Assembly: GCA_040219255.1 (NCBI GenBank)
Contig: JAVJSW010000041.1
Location: forward strand, 1-22,140
Direction of reading: 5' to 3'
Source: Sumerlaeia bacterium
GTDB taxonomy: Bacteria; Sumerlaeota; Sumerlaeia; SLMS01; JAHLLQ01
Length of the DNA stretch: 22,140 bases
The notes below the pieces were generated by a model. That model had not been told where the DNA came from, ran no database searches, and saw nothing but the letters and a program-made list of their open reading frames with translations. The translations under genes and the position numbers were made by a program. Below are positions 1 to 8,912 of this stretch, piece after piece. Positions within the stretch are counted from its first letter, which is position 1; each line of letters starts with the position of its first letter.

Positions 1-41
1 CTCCGGTACAAAGTGTCACCCCTCTGCCCGGTCGTACAGGC

Positions 42-2303
42 TTACGAGGCGCCCCGCGCGCCGACCTCCGCGGCGAGGAGGCGCGCAAGCCGGGTGAAAC
101 GGTCACGCTCCTCCGCATTTCGCACGGCAAAGCCGATGGCCTTGTCGGTCGAAGGAAGAATCACCCGCTCCCGGGCGCGGGTGACCGCCGTGTAGAGCAG
201 GCTGCGGCGCAGCATGATATAATGGCTGTCGTGGATACAGACGACGGCACAGGGGTATTCCGACCCCTGGCTCTTATGGATGGTGATCGCCCAGCCCTGG
301 GTGAGGATGTCCATGTCGTCGCCCAGGAATTCCGCCGAGCGGCCGTCGTCGAACCTGACCCGCACGCCTGCGGCCCTGGCGACCTCCTCGCCGTCCAGCC
401 CCTCGACTTTCCCGGCCTTCCACGCGTCGACCACAACCCCCACGTCGCCGTTCACCACGAGCAGGTCGTAGTTGTTCTTTGTGACCAAGACCTTGTCACC
501 GACGCGGAAGCTCGCCCACCGGCCGTGCTGAATTTCGGCCTTGGCGACGCCGGGCGGGTTGAAGGCGGCCCGGAGCCGCTCGTTGAGGGCGTTCACACCG
601 AGCGGCCCCTTCCTCATCGGGCAAAGGACCTGGATGTCGTGCACGACGTCGTAGCCCCAGCGCTCGGCGGCGCGGGAAACAAGAGGCACGATCCGCTCGG
701 CCAGCCCCTCCGCGGTCTTGTACTGCTCGCTTCGGCGCTGCTCGAGGCCGGGGAAGACGTACCAGTCGCCGTTCTCGCCCTGGCTGTTGTCCGGCCACTC
801 GCCCGCGTTGATGCGGTGCGCGTTGGTGACGATCCGGCTGCCCTCCGCCTGGCGCATCACCTGCTCCAGACGTGTAGTCGGAACGACCCCCGAGGCCATC
901 ATGTCGTGCAGGACGTTTCCCGCGCCGATTGATGGCAGCTGGTCGACGTCGCCGACGAAGACGACCCGCAGGTCCGGCCGCGGCGCGGCGCGCAGTACCT
1001 TGGCCAGGATGTCGACCGCGGCCATCGAAGCCTCCTCGATGACGAGGATGCGTGGACCCGTGGTTTCCGGCGCGTCGCTGTCGTCATCCGGGTTGTACGG
1101 ATCGTCCGTTCTGGACGTCAGCGCGAAGAGGTGCATGGTCACCGCGCGCTCCTGGGTGACTTCGCTCGCCCGGCGTGCCGCGCGCCCGGTCGGCGCCAGC
1201 ACGAGCACCTCGTGATCGCCGAACGCCTGCAGCATCGCCTTGAGGGTGGTTGTTTTTCCCGTTCCGGGGCCGCCGGTCATGACGCTGACGGGGTATTTGA
1301 CCGCCGCGGCCACCGCGTCGCGTTGCTTCGGGGCGAGGCGCTTCCACTCCTCCTTCTCCACGTTCTCAATTGACCCGACTGGCTCGGCGCCACCGGCGAG
1401 CAGCTTGGCGAACCGCTTGGCGATTTCCTCCTCCAATTCGGCGATGGCCTTGAGGGCAACGCCCCGGTCCCCGTCGACCTGCATGAGGACGCCCCGCTCT
1501 CGCCCGAGACGAACGCCCCGCTCCCGAGCGTTCGCCGGGATCGGGCGCGCGAGCTTGAGCCGGTCGAGATAGACGTCGAGCAGGTCGCGTTCGAGCCACG
1601 TGTGCCCGTCGTTGGCCGCGTCACGCAGCGCCTGAATGGCCGCCGCGGCCGCCCGCTCCGGCGCTTCCTCGGCGAATTGCCCAAGGCGCATGACGCCGTT
1701 GTCGACCACGTGGAAGCTCACGCGGTCGACCCTGCACAACTGATAGGGGTCGTTACGAAGCACCCATCCCAGCCGGTCGCCAAACTCCTCGGCGATTTTT
1801 TGCCGGGTGCGGGGGCCGAACGATAGCGCGCAAAGGCGCTGCTCCGTTTCGATGCTCCCCGCTCGCTCGATCAAGGTCATGTGGATGCGTGAGGCCGCGT
1901 CGGCGCCCAGCCCCTTGATGGCGCGCAGCGGCGACGGGTCGGCCAGAAGCTGCTCGACGGCGTCCGCCCCCAGGAACTCCACAAGCCCCTCGGCGCGCTT
2001 CTGCCCGAGGCCGGGGAGGGTGCAAAGGAAGCGCAACGCACCGTCTTTGCAGGCGGGCAAGGTGGAGCGGCAGTCGGAAAACTTGAACTGCCGCTCACCG
2101 CGGAATTCGGACCAGGTGCCGATCAACTCGAGGTCGCTGTCGATCTCGGGGATCTGGCCCGTCGCCCCGGCGATTTTCACCGAGGCGCCGTCGGGCAGGC
2201 GGACCTCCCCGGCGAACCAGGCCCCCTTTTCGACGAAAATTCTTGTCAGCGCGCCCTTGAGGCGCTCCGTGTCGCTGGCTTTGGCTGTGGCGGTGGCGGT
2301 CAT
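42..2303 (-). CDS. recD2: RecD2-like SF1B ATP-dependent DNA helicase
   Basis: 753 aa. N-terminal HhH region (LPGLGQKRA, IKGLG, NDPYQL), Walker A GGPGTGKTT, LAPTGRAA, motif II IEEASM, GDVDQLPSIGAG, RQ, TIHKSQGSEY, LYTAVTRAR. Confidence 0.93.
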   Translation of the reverse strand: MTATATAKASDTERLKGALTRIFVEKGAWFAGEVRLPDGASVKIAGATGQIPEIDSDLELIGTWSEFRGERQFKFSDCRSTLPACKDGALRFLCTLPGLGQKRAEGLVEFLGADAVEQLLADPSPLRAIKGLGADAASRIHMTLIERAGSIETEQRLCALSFGPRTRQKIAEEFGDRLGWVLRNDPYQLCRVDRVSFHVVDNGVMRLGQFAEEAPERAAAAAIQALRDAANDGHTWLERDLLDVYLDRLKLARPIPANARERGVRLGRERGVLMQVDGDRGVALKAIAELEEEIAKRFAKLLAGGAEPVGSIENVEKEEWKRLAPKQRDAVAAAVKYPVSVMTGGPGTGKTTTLKAMLQAFGDHEVLVLAPTGRAARRASEVTQERAVTMHLFALTSRTDDPYNPDDDSDAPETTGPRILVIEEASMAAVDILAKVLRAAPRPDLRVVFVGDVDQLPSIGAGNVLHDMMASGVVPTTRLEQVMRQAEGSRIVTNAHRINAGEWPDNSQGENGDWYVFPGLEQRRSEQYKTAEGLAERIVPLVSRAAERWGYDVVHDIQVLCPMRKGPLGVNALNERLRAAFNPPGVAKAEIQHGRWASFRVGDKVLVTKNNYDLLVVNGDVGVVVDAWKAGKVEGLDGEEVARAAGVRVRFDDGRSAEFLGDDMDILTQGWAITIHKSQGSEYPCAVVCIHDSHYIMLRRSLLYTAVTRARERVILPSTDKAIGFAVRNAEERDRFTRLARLLAAEVGARGAS

Positions 2304-2355
2304 TTCGGTACTCTCCGGCGGTCGACGGTTGCGGCGCCCTTCGCGGCGCCTCGGC

Positions 2356-2865
2356 TTAGTCCCCCTGCCTCAATGTTTCGACGATCCAGCCCCCGCCGTC
2401 CTTCTTGCGCGCCTTTTGCACGGCGCGAAAAATCAGGAAGGGATAGAGGTTGGCCGCCGTCTTGAATTTCACCCGGGCGTCGTCCCGCCAGAACCCCTTC
2501 ACCTCGTGCACTTCGATCGTTCCATCGGCCATGAGGACAACGAAGTCGGGGTTGTACCGGGTGTTGTCGGCCAGGCGCAGGCCCCAGGGCTCGAAGGCGA
2601 ACCAGGCGACCTCGCCGGCCGCCTTCCGGCTTTTCAGGATCATCGCGTATTCCTGCTCGGTCTTGTTCATCCGATCCCAGGCGGCGGTTGGCTTGGCCTC
2701 GCATTTCGCCTTGGGCGGTGGCGGCGCGTCCGACTCAAAGAGGTCGAGGTCCCCGGGGCGAACGCCCGGGTTGTCGCGCAGGACCTTTCGGCGGTATTCG
2801 ACGGGTTTGGATTTCAGAAAGGCGCCCCGCGGCGCCTTCTTTCGCGCGGGCTTTCGTGGAGGCAT
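2356..2865 (-). CDS. Phage PD-(D/E)xK nuclease, DUF1064-like
   Basis: 169 aa. MNKTEQEY...YNPDFVV...IEVHEVKGF...ARVKFK gives the PD...ExK pattern typical of small phage endonucleases. Confidence 0.75.
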   Translation of the reverse strand: MPPRKPARKKAPRGAFLKSKPVEYRRKVLRDNPGVRPGDLDLFESDAPPPPKAKCEAKPTAAWDRMNKTEQEYAMILKSRKAAGEVAWFAFEPWGLRLADNTRYNPDFVVLMADGTIEVHEVKGFWRDDARVKFKTAANLYPFLIFRAVQKARKKDGGGWIVETLRQGD

Positions 2866-2961
2866 TTCGAGGCAAATCCGCGGGGAAGCCGCGCCGCCGA
2901 GCCGTGGCCCAAAGGCGCGGCCTACGCCCGCTCATGGTGTCGTGTGATGTACCGGCCCGGC

Positions 2962-5430
2962 TTAGAATTTTTGAACGACGTGGACGCCCGAGGCGCCTTT
3001 GCGCAGCAGCACCCTGCCAGGGAACTGGCGGGCCAGCTCGGCGTCGTGGCTGACGACGATCACGCGGCTGACCTCGGTGGTGATTTCGCGGAGCAGCTCG
3101 ACCATTTCGAGGGCGCGGTCGCCGTCCAGGGCGTCGAACGGCTCGTCGAAGCGCAGCGTGTCGCTCCGCGGTGCGCCCATGAAGGAGAGCCAGTGGGCGA
3201 TGGAGAGGCGCAGGACGATGCGCAGCAGGGTCTTTTCCCCGCCGGAATGCGCGAGGATGTCGCGTTCCCCGGCCTCGTCGCGGATCAGGATTTGGAAGTC
3301 GGGGCGCAGGCGCCCGTCGCGCCCCGCCGATTGGGTGGCAATGCGCAGGCGCATCGTGCCCCCGGTGAATTTGGCCAGCAGCCGGTCCGCGATGCTCTCG
3401 AGCTGCGGAGCCGTGAGGTCGATCAGGATGGGCTGGACGCCCTTGGGACCGAAAGCGGTTTGCAGCGTGCGCAGGTCCTCGGCCAGTTGGCGCTTTTCCC
3501 GGGCCGCCTCGGCGAGCTCCCGGTTCTCTTCCCAGCGGCGGCGCAGCTCGGCGATTGCAGACTCGATGCGAGCCTTTTCCGCGACTTTTTCTTCGATGTC
3601 GCGGGTCAACTCGGCCGCCGCGGCCTCTTCGCGCCGCCGCGATTCCGCCACAAGATTGATTTCTGTCCGCAGACCGGTTTGCAGCTTCTCCGTCTCTTCG
3701 GCCTCCGCCTGCGCCTGCTCCAGTGAGGCACGCGCTTGTTTGGCCGCGGCCTGGCGCTCGGCCACTTTGGCCCCCTGACCCGCCATGTCTGCCTGGGCCT
3801 TGGCGCCCGCCTCGACCTCAGCCTCGGCGCTTGCGAGCCTCGCCGCCTCATCGGTCAGCAGGTCGACCTCGGCGCCGCAATCGTGCCCGGCCGGGGGCTC
3901 CTCCGCCTTGATCTTGGCGAGCTCCGCCGCGATCTGGTCGGCCTCCAACTCGAGCGCCCGCGCCTTCCCCTCTGCGGCGTTCGCGGTCTTCACCTTTTCC
4001 GCCGCGGCGGCCGCCCTTTGCCCCCGGGCGATCAGCTCGTCCAGGTCAATCGGGGCTGCCAATTGGGCCTTCCGGCCCTCGGCATCCTGCAAAGCCGCCG
4101 CGACCTTCTCGGCCTCCGTCCTGTTATCCCGCAGGGCGGCGGGAAGTTGCTCGCTCCACCGGCGAAGGAAGCCGCAGGGCGAGCACTTCTCCCCAAAGGG
4201 CGTCTCAGGCCGGCCGGCAATCTCGGCCTCCAGCTTCGCCGCCTCGCGGTCGAGTTGCGAGCGCCGGTCGTGCATCTTGGCGATCAGCGCCTTGACCTCC
4301 GTGGCCTCGGCCTGAAGGGCGTCGTTGTGGCGCTTGGCCCGCCGGTAATCCTCCCGCTCCGCCTCGACCGTTTCGCCAAGGCGGCGGGTCTCCTCGTCAA
4401 CGCCCGTCGCCTCGCGGTATTGGGACGCGCTTCGGCGAGCGGACGTCTCCCGCTGCACGGCGCTTTCGTAGCGATGGCGCCACCGTTCGTGGGCGGCGTG
4501 CGCGGCGGATTTCGCGCGCAGGTCAGGGAGGCGCCGCTGGATTTCCCGCAGCCGCTCGAGCTTGGGTTTGGCCTGCTCGCCGCGGGCGGCGGCGGCCTTG
4601 AATTCGCCCAGGCGACGCTCGGCCTCGGCCAGCGCCTCGTCGGCCAGGGCGCTCTCCCGGCGAGCCGCGTCGTGCTTTTCCTGTGCCCCGCCGAGCGCGC
4701 GAAGCTTGACCTGCAGGTCTTGCTCCTTGGCGCCCAGCGTCGAGGCGTTCTTTTCCCGCTCGCGCAGGCTGAGTCGCAATCGGTCGAGGCCCTCGCCGGC
4801 GGCCATGAGGGCCTCCTGCCGCTCGGCAATGGCCGCCTCGAAATCCTGCGCGCCCGCCGCCCGGGCCTCCATGTCGTCGGCCAGAGCCGATTCCTTGCTC
4901 GCCTTCTCTCGGCAGGCCTCGCTCCACTTGTTCAGGTCGGCAAAGGAGAGGAGTTCGCCGAAAATCGTCCGGCGTTCAGCCGGTGAGGCGAAGGCGAGGT
5001 CGCCCGCGGCGGTTTGCGAGCAGAACCAAGTGGCCAGGGCAATGGTCTGATCGCCGACCAGCGGCAGCAGAGCGGCCTCGAAATCCCGCACCTTGGGCCC
5101 TGCGATCACTTCGTCGCCGCGCCAGAGCGTCGCCTTTTGCGAGGTGTTCCCGCCGTCGCTCAGCTTGACTTCGCGGCGGGCGCGGTAAGCCGTTCCCGCC
5201 AACTCGAAATGGGTTTCCAGAGCCGCCTCGGAGGCGCCTTGCGTGATGTTGTCGTAAAGAGTGCCGGGGTAAGAGGGGAAGCGGCCAAAGAGGCAGGCGA
5301 AGTCGCCCTCCAGCAGGAAGGTCTTCCCGCTTCCATTGGCCGCCTGGATGACGGAGACGCCGTCGTTCCAGCGAACGGTAGTCTCCCGGTGGGGCCCGAA
5401 GTTCTCGAGCCGAGTCGTGATCGGTTTCAT
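2962..5430 (-). CDS. sbcC: SbcC/Rad50-like SMC-family ATPase
   Basis: 822 aa. LENF, Walker A AANGSGKT, Q-loop (CSQ), long Ala/Glu/Arg coiled coil with central CSPC zinc hook (4174-4185), signature SGGE, Walker B/D-loop FDEPFDALD, H-loop VSHD. Confidence 0.92.
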   Translation of the reverse strand: MKPITTRLENFGPHRETTVRWNDGVSVIQAANGSGKTFLLEGDFACLFGRFPSYPGTLYDNITQGASEAALETHFELAGTAYRARREVKLSDGGNTSQKATLWRGDEVIAGPKVRDFEAALLPLVGDQTIALATWFCSQTAAGDLAFASPAERRTIFGELLSFADLNKWSEACREKASKESALADDMEARAAGAQDFEAAIAERQEALMAAGEGLDRLRLSLREREKNASTLGAKEQDLQVKLRALGGAQEKHDAARRESALADEALAEAERRLGEFKAAAARGEQAKPKLERLREIQRRLPDLRAKSAAHAAHERWRHRYESAVQRETSARRSASQYREATGVDEETRRLGETVEAEREDYRRAKRHNDALQAEATEVKALIAKMHDRRSQLDREAAKLEAEIAGRPETPFGEKCSPCGFLRRWSEQLPAALRDNRTEAEKVAAALQDAEGRKAQLAAPIDLDELIARGQRAAAAAEKVKTANAAEGKARALELEADQIAAELAKIKAEEPPAGHDCGAEVDLLTDEAARLASAEAEVEAGAKAQADMAGQGAKVAERQAAAKQARASLEQAQAEAEETEKLQTGLRTEINLVAESRRREEAAAAELTRDIEEKVAEKARIESAIAELRRRWEENRELAEAAREKRQLAEDLRTLQTAFGPKGVQPILIDLTAPQLESIADRLLAKFTGGTMRLRIATQSAGRDGRLRPDFQILIRDEAGERDILAHSGGEKTLLRIVLRLSIAHWLSFMGAPRSDTLRFDEPFDALDGDRALEMVELLREITTEVSRVIVVSHDAELARQFPGRVLLRKGASGVHVVQKF

Positions 5431-5459
5431 AGCGTGGCTTTCTTGCGGTCGTGCGTGGT

Positions 5460-5490
5460 GTGGTGTTTCGGGAGGCGCTGTATTGTGGTG
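5460..5490 (-). repeat. 31-bp dispersed repeat, copy 1 (sbcD-sbcC intergenic)
   Basis: GTGGTGTTTCGGGAGGCGCTGTATTGTGGTG, 26/31 identical to 8157-8187. Confidence 0.7.
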
Positions 5491-5511
5491 AAGTGGAGCG
5501 CCTTCAGTGGT

Positions 5512-6591
5512 TTACGCCTGAATGATGTTGCAAGCGAGGGCTCGAAGGCGAGACAAATCAGTGGGCGTTGGCGGGGCCACTTGGCCCTTCGCCCAAGTGT
5601 CGAGGGCCTTGTGCGGAGTCATGGCCGCCGCGAGTTGCCGGCCGGATTCCTCGCAGGCCGCGGAACTGACCCGCTCGTCCGCGTTGGCGATGACCTCGAA
5701 ACGGGCTCGGCCGGTCGCCTCGATGCGGCGCGCCTCTGCCAGGTTTGGCGTGAACCCGTCGCAAATGATGCGCAGGATTTCACCGTCCTCTGGCTCGGGC
5801 AAGGTCGCCAATTGGCTCTTCAGCGTTACCGTTCGGTGGCGCGGCGCGATTCCCAACTCGACCCACTCGGTTTCCCCGCTGCCGCTGTTCCAGAGCTCGA
5901 AACCTGCGGGGTGGCCCTCCTGGCCAAAGCCCAACTGGCGGAGCGCGCCGACGTAGGTGCCCCGGCCGGTCAGGTCCTGCCGGCGGTGGTAATCGCCCAA
6001 GGCGATACGGTCGAAAGGCAGGGAGTACAATTCCTTCTGCGTGATCGTCCAAGACCCGCCGGGGGAGTTCATGCCGTTGTCCAGAGCCGCCCCCTTCACC
6101 TGGACGTGCCCCACGAGCAGGGACGGCGAGTCGAGAGGGCCGCCCAGGCTGGCCAGCGCCTCTGTGACGTCTTCGAAGGGGGTCGATTCGGCGCCCCACC
6201 GCCAAGGAAAAAAGAGAATCTGAACCCGGTCGTAGCCGTCAAGGTGCTCGAACCACTCGGCATGGCGAAAGACCCAGGCGTTGGGCAGAGCCTCCAGGAG
6301 TGTCAAAGCGTCCACGGCAGCTCCGCTGGCGAGGTCGTGATTGCCGACGGCCGCGAGAATGGGAACGTCCTGGGGCACCTCTACGATGAGAGGGGAAATG
6401 ACAGCGCGGGCGATGGCGCCTGTCGAGGCGTAGTTGTCGCCCACGTTGGGGCGGTCGAAGATGTCACCGGCGATAACGATGGCGCGGGCGTTTCGCGCAA
6501 TCGCCTCGCGCAGCCCGGCCGTCCACTGGGCCTCGAAGGCCTCCAGGTCTTTTCCGCGTGCGTGAAGGTCGGCGAAGTTGGCGATAAGCAT
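5512..6591 (-). CDS. sbcD: SbcD/Mre11-like metallophosphoesterase nuclease
   Basis: 359 aa. Motifs ADLH, AGDIFD, GNHD, GH and GDYH (usually GHxH). Lies directly upstream of the SbcC-like gene; AAGGA SD before the ATG. Confidence 0.9.
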   Translation of the reverse strand: MLIANFADLHARGKDLEAFEAQWTAGLREAIARNARAIVIAGDIFDRPNVGDNYASTGAIARAVISPLIVEVPQDVPILAAVGNHDLASGAAVDALTLLEALPNAWVFRHAEWFEHLDGYDRVQILFFPWRWGAESTPFEDVTEALASLGGPLDSPSLLVGHVQVKGAALDNGMNSPGGSWTITQKELYSLPFDRIALGDYHRRQDLTGRGTYVGALRQLGFGQEGHPAGFELWNSGSGETEWVELGIAPRHRTVTLKSQLATLPEPEDGEILRIICDGFTPNLAEARRIEATGRARFEVIANADERVSSAACEESGRQLAAAMTPHKALDTWAKGQVAPPTPTDLSRLRALACNIIQA

Positions 6592-6627
6592 AGAGATGCT
6601 TCCTTTCTTTCGTGTCAGGTAGAGGCG

Positions 6628-6669
6628 AAAATAATGCGAAGAAACGCTATGTCAATTTGATTCGGTCAA
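6628..6669 (-). promoter_or_regulatory. Candidate sigma70 promoter for sbcD-sbcC with adjacent inverted repeat
   Basis: On the minus strand, TTGACA (6650-6655), 16 nt, TATTTT (6628-6633), in an AT-rich gap within GC-rich DNA. TTGA-N5-TCAA at 6657-6669 lies just upstream of the -35. Confidence 0.5.
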
Positions 6670-6687
6670 TGCTTGGGAATTTTCGAC

Positions 6688-8031
6688 TTATCGCTCGACG
6701 GCCTGCGCGGGCAGGGCGGCGTGGACGCGACGAAGGAGCGCCATGGCCGCACGGTTGCGGTCGGCCATGGCGGGATTGTCGGCGAACTGGAAGAACGCCT
6801 CGATCCGACCCAGACCAGGCTTTCCGCCAAACGAGGAACGCTCTTTCAAGAGGTCGGCGAAAGGCCGGCCGGTCTCCCGGCTTTCCCATTCGACAAAGGC
6901 CCTGACGTCCTCCGCAAGTCGCTCGCTTTCGCCAACGGGCTCGGCCGTGGATTGGCCCGCGCCGCCCTGTGTTTCCGGTGTCTGCTCTTCGCCCTCGTCA
7001 TCGCGCGGCGGGCCGTCGGGATAGGCCCGCTCAAGCTCCGCGTATTGTGCCTGCGCCTCGCGGATTTCCTCCTCGCGGGTCAAGATTTCGGCCTCCGCGG
7101 TGGCCTCCTCTTTGACCCCCGGTTGCGGCGCGCTGGCCGCACCGGGCAGGAGCGCCACCGTCAGGCGCTTGTCTTCGAGCACTTCGCGGCGCATCGCCTC
7201 CTGGCGGCGCCGGATTTCCCCCTCGTCGAGCGCGAAGTGAAGTTGAGGCGTCGGCGAAACTCCGCCGCCCGGGTTGCGCTTGTTCTGGATGGCCACGGTA
7301 ATCGACCCGGGGATCCCGGCGATCATGCCATCGAGCCGGTCCGCCGCGTCGTTGAGCGCGTCCGCAATCCGCATCAGCGCGTATTCCGAGGAGGTGTCGA
7401 TGCGGTGGCGAACGGCGCCGCCGCGGGAGAGAGCGTCGTAGCCCCCCAGCCCGTTCGGCTTGATCAGGCAGACGACAAGGCGGGCGTGTGGCTTGCACTT
7501 TCCCTCGGCCGAGAGCGGGCAGCACGGCGCGTCCGGGTTGTCCGTCGAACCGATAGGCACGCAATTGATCGTCCGCGTGACCGTAACCCCCCTGGAATTG
7601 TCCTTACGCTGGGCGGTCTCGCCGTCGCCGGCGCAGTATAGCCCCTTGATCGGGCCATCCCAGCAGGCGAACTGCTCTGCGTAAGTGCCGGGGAAGCGCC
7701 ACCCGGAGGCGACCCGCTTGGCGTCGCTCGGCAACACGAAGTAAAGGGTCGTCGGGAGGAAATCCGGGTCGGCCTTGATGCCTTGAGCGATTGCCGCCTG
7801 AACCTTGGCCTCGTCGCCGTAGCCCAAGGCGGCCATGGTCGCCCAATCGATGATGTTGTTCTTGCCGGTCGTATCCTTGGAGTCGTGGCAAATGATGAAG
7901 CCGCGGAGGCGTTGCGGCTTGGGGCGGGCGGCCCCATCGGCGCGAATGTCCCAGCCGATCTTCGCGACCCCTGAGGAGGAGGCGCCGTAGGAGGAGTCTT
8001 TTTCGCGTTTGAATCTGCGTCGCTTAATCAT
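6688..8031 (-). CDS. Gp3-like (recombination directionality factor-like) Cys-containing phage protein with acidic C-terminal extension
   Basis: 447 aa from ATG 8031 (AAAGGA SD). KIG..P..F, LYCAGDGETAQR, CCP...CKPHARL and IDTSS..A match my recollection of the Gp3-like family pattern (LCxGxGExxxR; CP..CKPxxRL; xTxx). Confidence 0.6.
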   Translation of the reverse strand: MIKRRRFKREKDSSYGASSSGVAKIGWDIRADGAARPKPQRLRGFIICHDSKDTTGKNNIIDWATMAALGYGDEAKVQAAIAQGIKADPDFLPTTLYFVLPSDAKRVASGWRFPGTYAEQFACWDGPIKGLYCAGDGETAQRKDNSRGVTVTRTINCVPIGSTDNPDAPCCPLSAEGKCKPHARLVVCLIKPNGLGGYDALSRGGAVRHRIDTSSEYALMRIADALNDAADRLDGMIAGIPGSITVAIQNKRNPGGGVSPTPQLHFALDEGEIRRRQEAMRREVLEDKRLTVALLPGAASAPQPGVKEEATAEAEILTREEEIREAQAQYAELERAYPDGPPRDDEGEEQTPETQGGAGQSTAEPVGESERLAEDVRAFVEWESRETGRPFADLLKERSSFGGKPGLGRIEAFFQFADNPAMADRNRAAMALLRRVHAALPAQAVER

Positions 8032-8110
8032 CGTAGGTCCTTTGTAATCAGGACCTGGGGAGGAAATCCGTTGACAGCTCGCGTGGTGGCTCCCAACGAT
8101 CCGCCTCAGG

Positions 8111-8491
8111 TCAGCTTCTATTAGCGTGGTGGTTGGCCTGCTTACCGCGGGAAACCGTGGTGTTTCGGGTGGCGTTGGGATGTGGTGTCCCGGCGCCACG
8201 TTTTTTTATGCCGTAGCGCTCGATCATAGCAAGAAGCCGATTGGCGTTTTCCGCCGTCAGCAAGAGCTTCTTGCCGCGCCCTCTTTCCCCGTCGTTCTCG
8301 AGGGGAACGGAGTAGCTGCGGGCAAGGGCCACGACGTCTTTGCGGGTGAGCCGGTGGCCTCGGACGCGGGACCCGACCTCCTCGGGAGTGAGGAACTCGA
8401 CGGATCGAACCGCGTTGACCGCCGCGGTATTGGCTTGAAGCGCCCGGATAAGCTGCTGGGCCGTGCCTTCCGAGAGGGGTTGGCTTCTCAT
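8111..8491 (-). CDS. Small putative DNA-binding protein (excisionase-like FLTPEEV start of an HTH)
   Basis: 126 aa. Its ATG overlaps the TGA of the Cro-like gene (ATGA, 8488-8491), suggesting translational coupling. Confidence 0.5.
   Translation of the reverse strand: MRSQPLSEGTAQQLIRALQANTAAVNAVRSVEFLTPEEVGSRVRGHRLTRKDVVALARSYSVPLENDGERGRGKKLLLTAENANRLLAMIERYGIKKRGAGTPHPNATRNTTVSRGKQANHHANRS
8157..8187 (-). repeat. 31-bp dispersed repeat, copy 2 (upstream of the Gp3-like gene)
   Basis: GTGGTGTTTCGGGTGGCGTTGGGATGTGGTG, 26/31 identical to 5460-5490. Confidence 0.7.
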
Positions 8492-8721
8492 TCGCTCGCC
8501 TCCCCTTCCGCCGCCAGGCTTTCCCGGATTTGCCGATTCTCCGCAGTAAGCTCTTTCACCGCCCCGGCGATGGCGGCCACCGCCTGGCGCGACGGTCTCT
8601 TCACCTTGCCCGAGAGAATGCGTGTCACCGTTGACCGGTGCACCTTCGCGCGGGCTGCGACATCGGTGGTGGAGAGGCTTTCCCTTTCCACGGCTTGCTT
8701 GATTGTGCTCGTGATTTGCAC
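8488..8721 (-). CDS. Cro-like XRE-family HTH regulator
   Basis: 77 aa from GTG 8721 with AAAGGAG SD. HTH LSTTDVAARAKVHRSTVTRILSG..RP; divergent from the CI-like gene. Confidence 0.8.
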   Translation of the reverse strand: MQITSTIKQAVERESLSTTDVAARAKVHRSTVTRILSGKVKRPSRQAVAAIAGAVKELTAENRQIRESLAAEGEASE

Positions 8722-8749
8722 GGTTCTTGTGCTCCTTTCCGTCAGGATT

Positions 8750-8765
8750 GATGCATTTGTGCATC
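8750..8765. promoter_or_regulatory. Candidate operator in the cro/cI intergenic region
   Basis: Inverted repeat GATGCA-TTTG-TGCATC. The 9-mer TGCACAAAT recurs in inverted orientation at 8882-8890. Confidence 0.45.
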
Positions 8766-8912
8766 GAACACGCTCTGGAGCAAGCATTTTCCACTTCTAG
8801 TCCAGAATTTTTGCCATTGCTAAACGGTAGGGCTCAGAGAGAATCAGAGAAGGTGACCTAGATGAGAAGCGCACAGCCGACTGCACAAATTCCAAAGAAA
8901 AGAGGGGGCACC

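Noticed and set aside
1807-7641. Long plus-strand ORFs (1807-3726, 3736-4986, 5014-6660, 6673-7641)
   Set aside because: They are antisense shadows of well-supported minus-strand genes in very GC-rich DNA where stops are rare, and have no motifs of their own.
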